In this document: positions 9,402-17,714 of the stretch, piece after piece
Position numbering within the stretch: position 1 is the first letter of the stretch
Layout of the letters: each line of letters opens with the position of its first letter
Source: a virus
Lineage: Duplodnaviria > Caudoviricetes
Length of the DNA stretch: 49,224 nucleotides
Reading direction: 5' to 3' (one strand)
IMG/VR virus record: IMGVR_UViG_3300050014_000654
Span: 1 to 49,224 of that record
Position numbers and translations under genes: made by a program
Notes under the pieces: model-generated
Told to the model about the DNA's origin: nothing
Databases searched by the model: none
The model's input: only the letters and a program-made list of their open reading frames with translations

Positions 9402-10716
9402 GAAGGAGCAGATTCTAAAATTGGTTTCCGAGTATATTAATGAGAAAAACGCCTCTCAAAAATGGACTCCCGGACATGATTTCGTTCAATATGCCGGACA
9501 TTATTTTTCTGACAATGAATACTGTCGGGCGATAGGGACGTTTCTTAACGGATGGCTTGGTCTCGCCGGGGAAAGCAAAGAGTTAGAGGGGCGGTTTCCG
9601 AGGTTGATGGGGAAAGAGTTTGGTGTCGTCACGAGTAGCGGGTCCAGCGCGAATCTTTTAATGATGGCGGCACTGGCGTCTTCCAACCTTAACGCTTTTC
9701 CAAAAGGATCCAAAGTCCTCGTTCCTGTTGCGGGATTTCCGACAACTCTTAATCCATTACTGCAAATGGGATTCGAGCCGGTATTCGTTGATATTGAATT
9801 GGATACCTTAAATATTGACCTGAACAACTTGGAAGAAACAATCCAAAGAGAAAAACCTAAAGCCATTACTTTTGCTCACTCTCTTGGAAATCCTCCTAAT
9901 ATGGCTAGGATAATGGACCTAGTGAAAAAGTATAATCTCATTCTTTTAGAGGATTGTTGTGACGCGCTGGGATCGACCTATGATGGAAATCTATTGGGGT
10001 CATACGGAGAGTTTGCGAGCTGCTCCTTTTATCCCGCCCACCACATAACTGGAGGTGAGGGCGGTTTTGTATCTTGTCGGACGGCACAGCAAGAAAAAGT
10101 TTTGCGCGGGTTGCGAGATTGGGGGCGCGATTGCTATTGCTCTGGAAAGACTTCAAGTTTTTCTAAGAATGGATGCTGCGGACGCAGGTTCTCAAACTGG
10201 CTCCCTCTTCTCCCAAATGAAATATGCGACCATAAGTATATCTATACCGAAATTGGATATAACTTAAAGCCTATCGAGTTACAGTGTTCAATGCTGCTTG
10301 AGCAAATCAAAAAACTCCCCATCATCTCTCAAACCAGAAAAAAGAACTACAACCTATTATCTAGCGTATTTTCCAAGTATGAGAATTACTTTATTCTCCC
10401 TAGGGCGACGGAAAAGTCAGACCCAAGTTGGTTTGCGTTCCCTCTTACAATAAAAAACGCTAAAACATTCAATCGTTTTAACATCTGTAACTTCTTGGAA
10501 GACAAAAAGATACAAACGCGCAATTATTTTGGCGGGAACTTGCTTTTGCAGCCCGCCTATCAATCGCTCGGTTACTCAAAAGATTATGCCTTGTCTTTCA
10601 AAAACGCAACCAAAGTCACCACCGACACGTTTTTCCTCGGAGTTAGCCCGGTCATCACTGAGGAGCAGATCCAATATGTGGGAGAATGCGTGGATGAATT
10701 CATGTCAAAATTTTAA
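9391..10716 (+). CDS. rfbH: RfbH/DdhC-type NDP-4-keto-6-deoxyhexose 3-dehydratase (DegT family)
   Basis: SGSSANL, EDCCDALG, SFYPAHHITGGEGG (His at the PLP-lysine position) and RDWGRDCYC...GCC Fe-S motif. Confidence 0.85.
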   Translation: MPDKKEQILKLVSEYINEKNASQKWTPGHDFVQYAGHYFSDNEYCRAIGTFLNGWLGLAGESKELEGRFPRLMGKEFGVVTSSGSSANLLMMAALASSNLNAFPKGSKVLVPVAGFPTTLNPLLQMGFEPVFVDIELDTLNIDLNNLEETIQREKPKAITFAHSLGNPPNMARIMDLVKKYNLILLEDCCDALGSTYDGNLLGSYGEFASCSFYPAHHITGGEGGFVSCRTAQQEKVLRGLRDWGRDCYCSGKTSSFSKNGCCGRRFSNWLPLLPNEICDHKYIYTEIGYNLKPIELQCSMLLEQIKKLPIISQTRKKNYNLLSSVFSKYENYFILPRATEKSDPSWFAFPLTIKNAKTFNRFNICNFLEDKKIQTRNYFGGNLLLQPAYQSLGYSKDYALSFKNATKVTTDTFFLGVSPVITEEQIQYVGECVDEFMSKF

Positions 10717-10728
10717 GTTTTAAAAAAT

Positions 10729-11829
10729 ATGAGCTGTAATGTAGCCCTTATCACTGGTGCTAACGGCATGGATGCCAGAACCCTTACCCACTTTCTCCTC
10801 AAGAAAAAGTATAAGGTCATCCTCACCTACCGTCGCAATACCTTTTTCGATGAGCAGAAAATCAAGGATATCTTCGCCGACGACCTGAAGGCGAACCCCG
10901 GAGCCGAACTTTTCTGCGAGGTTTGTGATATTACCTGTCAGAGCAGCGTGCGCGAGTGTATCAAGTCGGTCCTCAAGCAACACAGCCGCATCGACGAACT
11001 TTACCTTTTGGCGGCGAACTCCCACGTCGGGCAGTCATTCAAAAATAAAGATTCCTCCCTCATCGTCAACGGTCAGAGCGTCTACTACTTCCTCGAATGC
11101 CTAAAGGAATACAGCCCCAAGACGCGCACCTACTTTGCTGGCACCAGCGAGCTGGTAGGCGGCATCGACAGCGGAAAGTTTAATGAGGACTGCCTTTGGA
11201 ATCCCCGCTCGCCCTACGCGATTGCCAAGGAGGTCGGGGCGCGATGGGTGAACTTTTACCGGGATTCTTTGGACTCTAGGATGTTTTGCTGTTTCGGGAT
11301 TCTGTTTAACCACTCAAACACCTACCGCTCGAAGGATTTCGTCATTCGCACAATCACCAACGGCGCGGCGAAGATTGCCGCTGGCAAGGAAAAGACCCTT
11401 AAGATTGCTCACCTTGAGTGGGCGCGGGATGAACATTGGTCTGATTTTGGGTGTGAGATGATGTGGAAGATGCTCCAATTGGATACCCCGCAGAACTTCG
11501 TTATCGGTAACGGAGACTGTCATTGGGGTGAGGAGTATATGGACATCGCATTTAGCTATTTCAACCTAGACTGGCGTAATTATGTGAAGTTGGATCCCTC
11601 TTTAGCGCGTCCGAATGAGGTTGTTCGCCTGATTGCCGACTCCACGCGGGCGCAGAAGGTTTTGGGTTGGGTCCCTAATAGGCTGTCCTTTGAAGAGCAT
11701 ATCAAGCTCATGTGCGAATTCGATTATCAGTTAGAATCGGGTTTAAGCCCCGTCCGACCGGATGTTTTTAAGGTCGTGCCAACGCCCGCCAAAAAGCACG
11801 ATTTCGGATTCTGCAAAATGCCCGGTTGA
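10729..11829 (+). CDS. gmd: GDP-mannose 4,6-dehydratase
   Basis: ALITGANGMD, LAANSHVGQSF, GTSE, PRSPYAIAK, GILFNHS and RPNEV motifs. Confidence 0.9.
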   Translation: MSCNVALITGANGMDARTLTHFLLKKKYKVILTYRRNTFFDEQKIKDIFADDLKANPGAELFCEVCDITCQSSVRECIKSVLKQHSRIDELYLLAANSHVGQSFKNKDSSLIVNGQSVYYFLECLKEYSPKTRTYFAGTSELVGGIDSGKFNEDCLWNPRSPYAIAKEVGARWVNFYRDSLDSRMFCCFGILFNHSNTYRSKDFVIRTITNGAAKIAAGKEKTLKIAHLEWARDEHWSDFGCEMMWKMLQLDTPQNFVIGNGDCHWGEEYMDIAFSYFNLDWRNYVKLDPSLARPNEVVRLIADSTRAQKVLGWVPNRLSFEEHIKLMCEFDYQLESGLSPVRPDVFKVVPTPAKKHDFGFCKMPG

Positions 11830-11854
11830 CGCCGCCGCAAGTCCTTCATAGGAT
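11826..11854 (+). promoter_or_regulatory. Sigma70-like promoter for the recA operon
   Basis: TTGACG-17 nt-TAGGAT, with AAGT in the spacer. Confidence 0.65.
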
Positions 11855-11860
11855 AGAGAG

Positions 11861-12292
11861 GTGCAATTAGAACTTGGCATCAAAATGCGTAAAAGTAAGT
11901 CTAAAGCCCCCAAGGTTAAACCTCCGGGGGTTAGTCACGTCAAAGACATTCTCCTGAAGCTCGTATCGGGGATGCGCGAATGCCGTAACCCCGCCGTTTG
12001 GGGGCGTGAGGGGCGGCTGGCGAACTCTTTAATCAAGACTTATGGCGCGGAGTTCCTCCTTTGGTTGACACCGCTGGAGGGTTTTAAGGTGAATTCCTTA
12101 ATGTGGTTCTACTCCGACCTCGGCAAAAACTATCTTTCCGATCAATTAGTTGATTACAAACAACAGTCCGCCCCTATCATAAAGGAAGAGATTCAATTGG
12201 GGATAGAGAACATTGGAGAGGACATTAAGGTTAGTTTTAAACCTAAGACATTGAAGGATTTTTTGAACTATGGCAAAACAGAAGAAAAGTGA
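11861..12292 (+). CDS. Hypothetical phage protein
   Basis: ORF directly after the promoter and overlapping recA. Start is GTG 11861 or ATG 11885. Confidence 0.7.
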   Translation: MQLELGIKMRKSKSKAPKVKPPGVSHVKDILLKLVSGMRECRNPAVWGREGRLANSLIKTYGAEFLLWLTPLEGFKVNSLMWFYSDLGKNYLSDQLVDYKQQSAPIIKEEIQLGIENIGEDIKVSFKPKTLKDFLNYGKTEEK

Positions 12293-13406
12293 AATTGAAG
12301 CAGCGGTTGAGGCTGGAGCGGTTGAAGAGGGGAAAGAGAAAAAGGTTATCTCTCCAATGGAGCAGTTAAACTCCTATCTAGAGAATAATAAAAAGTTTTT
12401 TTATAACGACGCCCCGGAGCCGACGTATGTTGTTTCAAGTGGAAGTTTGAAGCTTGACATTGAAATGGGCGGCGGAATGCGACCGGGAATTCTCAGACTT
12501 TCTGGAATTTCCGAAGGCGGTAAGAGCTCGGTTGCGTTGTCGTTTGGATATAATTTTCTTAAAACCGTTGAGAACTCCTTTATCGTCTATTTTCGCGCTG
12601 AAGGGCGTCTTCCAGACACAACTTTGATTAGACATGGTCTTTTTAATAATCCTCGGATGATGATCGTCAAAGGAAATGTCTATGAAAAAGTAATTAGTTG
12701 CATGTCGGATTTGATTAAAAACAATCCTACAGAAGCACGTTACATGTTCATCTTCGATTCGATGGATGCAATGATTCCCATGGGTGACCTTGAAAAGAAA
12801 CCCGAGGAAGCCATGAAGGTGGCGGGTGGGTGCGTCCTTTCGTCTGACATGCTTAAACGGATGGCGAATACATTTGTGGCTTATGGGCATATTTGCTTGA
12901 TGATTAGCCAAGTGCGCTCGGCGGTCCAGATTGATAAATATGCCAAGACTGACCCCAAGATGACCAATGCTAGTGGCGGCAATGCTCTTTTGCACTACTC
13001 CGACTGGATCCTTGAGTTCCAACAACGGTATTTTGGGGATTTAATCACTTCGTTGCCAGACCAAAAGGGAGACATTATTGGTCACAACTGCAAGATCGTC
13101 TTTCGCAAATCTCCCAACGAGAAAAGCTTCTCCAAAATCGAGTATCCCATCTGCTACGGTCGCCAGAATAACCAGTCAGTCTGGGTTGAGAGGGAAATTT
13201 TTGACATTATGGTTTCGTTCGGAATGATAACCAAATCGGGGTCTTGGATGAAAGTTACTGAACCCATTCTCGATGAACTCAAGGAAGCCAAATTGGAATG
13301 TCCAGCGACGCTTCAAGGTGGCGAGGCGTTCATCAAGTATTTCGGTGAAAATCCCGCCTTGACTAAGTATTTATACGAGAAACTTTGCAAAACACTAAAG
13401 AAATAA
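12270..13406 (+). CDS. recA: RecA/UvsX-like recombinase
   Basis: SSGSLKLDIEMGGG, Walker A GISEGGKS, Walker B FIFDS, ISQVR and SGGNALLHYS. Confidence 0.9.
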   Translation: MAKQKKSEIEAAVEAGAVEEGKEKKVISPMEQLNSYLENNKKFFYNDAPEPTYVVSSGSLKLDIEMGGGMRPGILRLSGISEGGKSSVALSFGYNFLKTVENSFIVYFRAEGRLPDTTLIRHGLFNNPRMMIVKGNVYEKVISCMSDLIKNNPTEARYMFIFDSMDAMIPMGDLEKKPEEAMKVAGGCVLSSDMLKRMANTFVAYGHICLMISQVRSAVQIDKYAKTDPKMTNASGGNALLHYSDWILEFQQRYFGDLITSLPDQKGDIIGHNCKIVFRKSPNEKSFSKIEYPICYGRQNNQSVWVEREIFDIMVSFGMITKSGSWMKVTEPILDELKEAKLECPATLQGGEAFIKYFGENPALTKYLYEKLCKTLKK

Positions 13407-13418
13407 TCAAAAGTAACT

Positions 13419-13667
13419 ATGAGCACAAACAGAGAAGCAGCCCTAGAAGAGGTAATTAAAACAGCATGGGATAACTTGCGTTCGGCTTATCAAATCGCGG
13501 AACGTAGTGGGAACGATACAAACTGGGTTGCATTTAGAAACGTCACTCGTAAGACAATTTGTGACATTGCTCTTTCCTTGGGGCTTGAGCCAGAAATGCC
13601 CAATATGGTGGTAACGCCAAAAACGTTCCGACTCCTTTACGGAGACGATGTTACTCAAAAATCTTAA
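13419..13667 (+). CDS. Hypothetical protein
   Basis: 82-aa ORF in operon spacing. Confidence 0.65.
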   Translation: MSTNREAALEEVIKTAWDNLRSAYQIAERSGNDTNWVAFRNVTRKTICDIALSLGLEPEMPNMVVTPKTFRLLYGDDVTQKS

Positions 13668-13671
13668 TTTT

Positions 13672-14007
13672 ATGGAAACACAAAACACAAAAACGGCACC
13701 CGCACCCGTTAAAGCGGCGGAACCTACACCGAAAACACTGACTAACACATCCATCGCGGAGGTCAAACAAGCCGTCCCGGACGTGAAGGTTGTCGGCAAT
13801 GGAGACCTTTTCAAGGTCCTCTGTAAAGCCAGCAGCAAGGCGGAGGGATGGATGAAGTCTACCAAAGGAATGTGGATTAAAGACGCAGGAGTTATTCTCC
13901 AAGTCACAACTCAACAAGGCGGGCAAATCGCCGAAGCCCTAACGTTCGTCCCCCACGTTAAAATGGAGGAGGATGTTAACGGCGGGTTTAAGTTGGTCAG
14001 TATGTAA
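13672..14007 (+). CDS. Hypothetical phage protein
   Basis: ATG at 13672 after the upstream stop, followed by a terminator. Confidence 0.75.
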   Translation: METQNTKTAPAPVKAAEPTPKTLTNTSIAEVKQAVPDVKVVGNGDLFKVLCKASSKAEGWMKSTKGMWIKDAGVILQVTTQQGGQIAEALTFVPHVKMEEDVNGGFKLVSM

Positions 14008-14028
14008 GTTGTTGGTAACGAAACACAT

Positions 14029-14063
14029 GCTCGTCGTCACTAACAAAGGCGGCGAGCTTTTTT
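14029..14063 (+). terminator. Rho-independent terminator
   Basis: GCTCGTCGTC/GGCGGCGAGC stem (two G-U pairs) followed by T6. Confidence 0.75.
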
Positions 14064-14093
14064 GTCATAAATATGTAGCAGTTTTTATGACAA
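14062..14093. repeat. Perfect 10-bp inverted repeat
   Basis: TTGTCATAAA-12 nt-TTTATGACAA. Confidence 0.7.
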
Positions 14094-14109
14094 CAGAAAG
14101 GCTTTAGAT

Positions 14110-14523
14110 TTGAAATTCTTGGACGTTCGCGGGCGGCTGGTTAACAAAAACCTCAACAAATACCTCATCAAGTGGGACTCCCAATCGCGTTCCAAACTCC
14201 AATTTAAAGTCAAGCAATTCCTTAAACCTTACTGGCTCGGCTCCATCTGTTACGAGGAGTGCCCGGTTTTCGGCACCCTTTTGCGCGTGGATATCCTAAA
14301 TGCGACCTACAAAATTGCCATCGAAGTTAATGGACAGCAACATAGCGAGTTCCATTATTTTCATAACGGCAATCCTTTCGAGTTCCTTCAAGGCATCAAG
14401 CGCGACGTCCAAAAGCGGGAGTGGCTTGAGCGTAATGAGTTTAAGGTTGTTGAGATAAATTATGATGAAGTGGACTCCATTAATAAAAAGTTTTTTAAAG
14501 AGAAGTTTGGCGTGATTCTCTGA
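14110..14523 (+). CDS. DUF559/Vsr-like PD-(D/E)XK endonuclease
   Basis: LRVDIL, IAIEVNGQQH, RDVQKREWL and VVEI motifs. TTG start. Confidence 0.75.
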   Translation: MKFLDVRGRLVNKNLNKYLIKWDSQSRSKLQFKVKQFLKPYWLGSICYEECPVFGTLLRVDILNATYKIAIEVNGQQHSEFHYFHNGNPFEFLQGIKRDVQKREWLERNEFKVVEINYDEVDSINKKFFKEKFGVIL

Positions 14524-14534
14524 GTAGCTTTTGG

Positions 14535-14540
14535 GTGTAA
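14535..14540 (+). promoter_or_regulatory. GTGTAA putative phage late-promoter motif
   Basis: Intergenic, 8 nt before ATG 14549. The same motif precedes several structural genes. Confidence 0.45.
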
Positions 14541-14548
14541 AGCATTGT

Positions 14549-14827
14549 ATGGGCGAAGCTAAAAAACTCCTAAATAACGGCGATGTCCCCGAGGCGGTCC
14601 TCAATCAGCTCTCTGAACACACGGTAGGAGGCTTCGTTCTATTCTACTTCAATCAAGAGACCGGCAACCCCACCCACGTCCTCCAATTTGATGATTCCGT
14701 CCACGGACTTGCCATGCAAAAAAATATCGAAGATTGGGCGGAGGCACTTCACCAAGTGGGCATTGAGGCAATGTTGGACGGCTTTATCCCCGACGACGGG
14801 TCCGAAGGCGAAGAAGAGGAAGAATAG
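14549..14827 (+). CDS. Hypothetical protein with an acidic tail
   Basis: 92-aa ORF ending DDGSEGEEEEE. Confidence 0.7.
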   Translation: MGEAKKLLNNGDVPEAVLNQLSEHTVGGFVLFYFNQETGNPTHVLQFDDSVHGLAMQKNIEDWAEALHQVGIEAMLDGFIPDDGSEGEEEEE

Positions 14828-14828
14828 A

Positions 14829-14857
14829 TTGACTCCCCGCTAAGTTATTTCTACCCT
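14829..14857 (+). promoter_or_regulatory. Sigma70-like promoter for the dnaB-primase operon
   Basis: TTGACT-17 nt-TACCCT, with AAGT in the spacer, 8 nt before the ATG. Confidence 0.6.
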
Positions 14858-14865
14858 ATTAGTGA

Positions 14866-16809
14866 ATGGCTTTATTTTCATTGCAAGTCGAAAAGCACGC
14901 ATTGGGCGGGCTGATACAGAATCCAGAAGTAATTTCGGAAGTTGATCGCTTTGTAAAGGACCGGGATTTTGTCTCGGAGCCTCATAACGTAATTTATTCG
15001 TGCATCCGCTCGTCGTATCTCAACAACGAGAAGATCGACAAAGTCCTCCTCGCGCAAAAGATTAAGAATCTCGGGATATCCTTCAAAGACGATATCAACA
15101 TATTCGATTACATTGATTCGATATCCTTTACGCCCGTCACGCCCGAGGCTACCATCAAATCCTGTCAGGAAGTCGTCAAACTGCGCGCCCTGCGCGACAT
15201 TGAGAAAACCGCTGAACGGATTAAACAAAAAGTTAACCAATCCGCAAATCAGGAGCTTGGTAAAACCATAGGCGAGGTCGATTCCCTTTACGCTGAACAG
15301 ATTGGGTCCTTTGAGACTGAGGTGGAGCCGGACGACCTTTTCTCAGACATCTATGAGATGGTAGAGGATACGGGGAATCATCCAATGGAGGAGGTCGGAA
15401 TGAAGACCCCGTTTCCTGAGTTTAATAGAATGTATGGTGGTTTGCGGGGAGGGAATTTTTATGCGTTTGCGTCGCGCGCGAAATCAGGCAAAGCGGTCCG
15501 CGTCGGAACTCCAATTTTAACCACCAATGGATTCGCTCCCATTGAAGAGATAAAGGTAGGAGATAAAATTTACACCCCAAGCGGAGAGACTACAAAGGTC
15601 CTTGCAACCAAACATTGGAAGAATCGCCGAACCTATAAAGTGACAATTAATGATGGTAATTTTGTCTATGCGGACGAAAACCACGATTGGACAGTTAGGT
15701 TGCCTTTTTCTAATGACTGGGTAATTTTAGACACCAAAAGTCTTTATGAATACGCGGTGGGCGTTGATGTAACCTTTGATTTGCCGATATGCTCTTATCC
15801 ACGGTCGCAATCATCTAAAGGTTTGCATCCCAAAAGGTCCATTGTAAAAATCAGCAAAAGTAAATACTCTGATACCGTTTGTATTCAGGTTGACCATCCT
15901 TCGCATAACTTTTTGTGCGGCGAGGCATTAATCCCCACCCATAACAGCACCCTCCTTGGGCACCTCGCCATCGAGTCTGGCAAAATAAACACCTGCCCAG
16001 TCCTAATGTTAGATACCGAAATGACCAGCAAGGAAATCAAATTCCGTATGGCGGCTAATCGTTCGGGCGTTCCTCTCTGGTATCTTGAGTCCGGTCAGTG
16101 GCGCAAAAATAAGGACATGGTCGATAAGGTTCGCCAAAAACTTATTGCCCTTAAAGACGAGCAAAAGGTTTTCCATTATTACGTCGGAAACAAAGACGTT
16201 GACCAAGTTTGCTCCATTATCCGCCGCTGGATTCTTAAGGTGGTCGGGCGCGGAAAACCGTGCATCATTGTCTATGATTATCTGAAGCTCACTGGGGAGA
16301 AGCTGGGCGCGAATTGGGCGGAGCATCAGGCATTAGGCGATAAAGTAAACAAATTCAAAGCCCTGTCGGTGGAATTTAACTTTCCTTTCCTAACCGCTGT
16401 TCAAATGAATAGGAGCGGAGAGAGCACGGGCAAGACCTCCAATGAGATGAACGATGACAGCTCGTCCATTGCTCAGTCGGATCGTATTATGTGGTTTTGC
16501 ACTTACCTTGGCATCTTTCGCCGGAAAACGGAGGATGAAATTGCCTTGGATACCCCGGAGAGTGGCACCCACAAGCTGATTGAAATTGCCGCCCGCTATC
16601 AAGGGCGAGATGCGGCTGGACACCAAGATTGGATGCGTCGACGGTTCCCGGATGGCAAAACCCGCAATGTCCATAATTACATTAACTTTAACATTGATAA
16701 CTTCAACGTTGAAGAGCGTGGATCCCTCCGAGACTCTATTGCACGAGGTAACGCCATGTATTTGGTTAGCGACCGCGACATCCCTAATTCCGCCAACGAA
16801 ACGATTTAA
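14866..16809 (+). CDS. dnaB: Replicative DnaB-like helicase, intein-containing
   Basis: N-terminal EKHALGGL, Walker A ASRAKSGK|S split by an intein, DTEM, VYDYLK and VQMNR. Confidence 0.92.
   Translation: MALFSLQVEKHALGGLIQNPEVISEVDRFVKDRDFVSEPHNVIYSCIRSSYLNNEKIDKVLLAQKIKNLGISFKDDINIFDYIDSISFTPVTPEATIKSCQEVVKLRALRDIEKTAERIKQKVNQSANQELGKTIGEVDSLYAEQIGSFETEVEPDDLFSDIYEMVEDTGNHPMEEVGMKTPFPEFNRMYGGLRGGNFYAFASRAKSGKAVRVGTPILTTNGFAPIEEIKVGDKIYTPSGETTKVLATKHWKNRRTYKVTINDGNFVYADENHDWTVRLPFSNDWVILDTKSLYEYAVGVDVTFDLPICSYPRSQSSKGLHPKRSIVKISKSKYSDTVCIQVDHPSHNFLCGEALIPTHNSTLLGHLAIESGKINTCPVLMLDTEMTSKEIKFRMAANRSGVPLWYLESGQWRKNKDMVDKVRQKLIALKDEQKVFHYYVGNKDVDQVCSIIRRWILKVVGRGKPCIIVYDYLKLTGEKLGANWAEHQALGDKVNKFKALSVEFNFPFLTAVQMNRSGESTGKTSNEMNDDSSSIAQSDRIMWFCTYLGIFRRKTEDEIALDTPESGTHKLIEIAARYQGRDAAGHQDWMRRRFPDGKTRNVHNYINFNIDNFNVEERGSLRDSIARGNAMYLVSDRDIPNSANETI
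15493..15945 (+). mobile_element. Class 3 mini-intein (151 aa, no homing endonuclease)
   Basis: Starts with Ala (AVRVGTPILT). Block B ADENHDW, block F TVCIQV, block G IPTHN followed by Ser+1. The W-C-T signature is complete. Confidence 0.9.
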
Positions 16810-16811
16810 TT

Positions 16812-17714
16812 ATGGATTTGGTGGAGGTTTTGAATCGAATCGGCTATACCGAGCTGAGGGACGCGGGAACTCATTTTCGCGCGAGACCGTTATATCGGGA
16901 CTCAAATAACAACACGTCCCTTTCTATTGACAAGCGGACGGGTCAATTTGTGGACTTCGGGGGTCGCATTAGTGGTGGTCTGGATAAGTTAGTCCAGATT
17001 ACCCTAAGCTTGCCCACGATGGAAAAAGCCAAAGACTTTCTTGGCGGCGACCTTCCTGACTTGGTTGTCAAAGATAACGTCAGCCTCAGCCACATTAAAA
17101 AGTTCGACAAAGGAATGCTCGTCAAGTTGGTGCGCGACCATGAGTATTGGATGAATCGTGGAATTTCGCCGTCGGTAATTGAGTCTTTCAAGGGTGGGCT
17201 GGCGGTCAACGGGCGCATGAAGGGGAGATACGTTTTCCCCATATTCGACGAGCGCGAGGAGTTAATCGGCTTTAGCGGACGCATGACTCAGGACAACCCA
17301 AATTATCCCAAGTGGAAAATCCTTGGCGCGAAAAAGAACTTTCTCTATCCATCCTTCACAAAGGACATCATCCAGTCCCGTCAGGTTATCCTTACGGAAT
17401 CCATTGGCGACGCCATCAGCCTCGTTGAAATTGGAATTAAAAACGTCCTCGTGATGTTTGGCGTTACAATAAGTTCAGGGATACTTTGTTTTTTACTGAA
17501 GAGTAGCGTGGAGAAGATATTTATCTTTTTAAATAATGACGCCGGAAATAATGACGTCGGCAACGAAGCGAGTATTGAATTGAAGAATACTCTCCACTCT
17601 CACTTTGATGAACAGCAGGTTAAAATTGTGACCCCGCCGCTCAAAGACATTAACATCATGCTCCTTGAAGATAAGCAAAATCTAATTGAATTTTGCAAAA
17701 CTAATTTATGCTAG
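16812..17714 (+). CDS. DnaG-like DNA primase (Toprim)
   Basis: RYVFPIFD, IGFSGR, PKWK, ILTESIGDAISL and KDIN motifs, directly after the helicase. Confidence 0.85.
   Translation: MDLVEVLNRIGYTELRDAGTHFRARPLYRDSNNNTSLSIDKRTGQFVDFGGRISGGLDKLVQITLSLPTMEKAKDFLGGDLPDLVVKDNVSLSHIKKFDKGMLVKLVRDHEYWMNRGISPSVIESFKGGLAVNGRMKGRYVFPIFDEREELIGFSGRMTQDNPNYPKWKILGAKKNFLYPSFTKDIIQSRQVILTESIGDAISLVEIGIKNVLVMFGVTISSGILCFLLKSSVEKIFIFLNNDAGNNDVGNEASIELKNTLHSHFDEQQVKIVTPPLKDINIMLLEDKQNLIEFCKTNLC

Noticed and set aside
12435-13907. Long antisense ORFs (196 aa, 154 aa) and similar shadow ORFs throughout the window
   Set aside because: They lie opposite well-supported genes and have no recognisable motifs.
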